A model generated the notes under the pieces. That model did no database searches, was not told the origin of the DNA, and was given only the letters and a program-made list of their open reading frames with translations. From Eledone cirrhosa (Eukaryota), in NCBI GenBank assembly GCA_964016885.1, contig OZ024742.1, forward strand, positions 295,244,001-295,308,000: 64,000 nucleotides of DNA, written 5' to 3'. Below, piece after piece: positions 62,857-64,000 of the stretch (position 1 is the first letter of the stretch; each line of letters starts with the position of its first letter). Both the position numbers and the translations under genes were made by a program.

Positions 62857-63705
62857 ATCATCATCATCATCATCATCACCGTTTTACGTCCGTTCTTCCA
62901 TGCTAGCATGGGTTAGACGGGTTGTCCTGTTGTGGACAGTGTCTGGTCGGCTGACCATGCCTTACTCATACAGGAACTGATTTTGGCTTGGTTTCTACAG
63001 CTGGATGCACTTCCTAACACCAACCTCATTTACAGTGTGGGCTGGGTGCTTTTTTGCCGTGGCACCTCCATGACCACTTTGCAGTGGCAGGGTGTGGGGT
63101 CATATTGTCTATATGCTTCAGCTTGTACCCATGGGAGGTCGGGTACTCTGTATTACTGCGCGACGCCAGAGGTCACGGTCGTGTGTCATCGCCTTTGAGA
63201 AGTGTAATTGGGTAAGGTCGGCTTTTATCACCTCATCCTAGGTCTTCTTGGGTCTCCCCACTCCGCGGTTTCCATTGACTTCTAGTGCTCTGCACCTTTT
63301 TATGCAGCTGTCATCCTTCATACGCATCACATGTCCATACCAACACAACCGCCTCTCCTGCACACAGCATTTGATTCCTCTTATGCTTAGTCTCTCTCTC
63401 AATTCATTTATGCTTTGCTGTTCGCGTATATTACTAATACACATCCATCGGAGCATGCAGGCTTCGTTTCTTTCTAATCTACGTAAGTCTTCCACCTTCA
63501 GCGCCCAGGTCTCACTACCATGTAACATTGTTGTTTGGATACACGCATCATACACTTTGCCTTTCATTTTGAGGGAGAAGCCTTTTGCAGCTAGCAGTGG
63601 CAGTAGTTCCCTGAACTTCTTCCATCCCGTTCTTACCCTAGTTATTGTACTTTCTGAACACCCACCTCCGCTGCTAATTTGGTCACCTAGGTAGCAGAAG
63701 CTGTC
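62857..63705 (-). mobile_element. 5'-truncated RTE LINE (third related subfamily) with long 3' UTR and (GAT)n tail
   Basis: ORF 63238-63567 (MLHGSETW...RRLCWYGHVMRM...GRPKKT). Confidence 0.9.
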
Positions 63706-63759
63706 TCATATACATATACATATATTATACATATACATATACATACATATATTATACAT

Positions 63760-63817
<58 letters not shown>

Positions 63818-63878
63818 ATACATATACATACATATATATTTACAAACACATGCATACATACATAGATTATTATTATTA

Positions 63879-64000
63879 GGGCGGTGAATTGGCAGTATCG
63901 GTAGAGGGTCGGACGCCATGCTTTGATGCATAGAGTTACGGCCCTTGCTATTCTGAGTTCAAATCCCGCCGAGGTTCACTTTGCCTTTCATCCTTACGGG
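63879..64000 (+). mobile_element. SINE family A (cut by window end)
   Basis: gggcggtgaattggcagtatcgg...gagttcaaatcccgccgagg. Confidence 0.85.

Noticed and set aside
62453-62980. Two identical-start ORFs on opposite strands (MRRYILIYIF...)
   Set aside because: A by-product of the palindrome; non-ATG start and no coding features.

Overview
AT-rich, repeat-dense animal genomic DNA. The SINE/LINE/MITE repertoire looks like an octopod cephalopod (inference). The window carries the 3' portion of one large, intron-rich, minus-strand non-classical cadherin gene. I reconstructed 18 phase-compatible GT-AG exons by hand from 53084 down to position 1. They encode about 6.5 extracellular cadherin repeats, a transmembrane helix and a cytoplasmic tail that runs off the window edge, plus two or three candidate cytoplasmic microexons. 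No upstream exon was found above 53084. The introns hold a near-intact RTE LINE (AP endonuclease + RT with an embedded PHD-like finger), decayed RTE, CR1 and R4/Dong LINEs, a pogo/Tigger transposon with a nested non-autonomous Helitron, many tRNA-derived SINEs, hAT/piggyBac/mariner MITEs, minisatellites and a 199-N gap. The most notable observations are: a type I hammerhead ribozyme sense to the gene; two independent splice routes that would stop just before the TM exon (four tandem acceptor copies and a 4-nt shifted donor); frame-preserving microexons; long inverted repeats; and a -1 slippery site at the CR1 ORF1/ORF2 junction. All calls were made by eye with no database searches.
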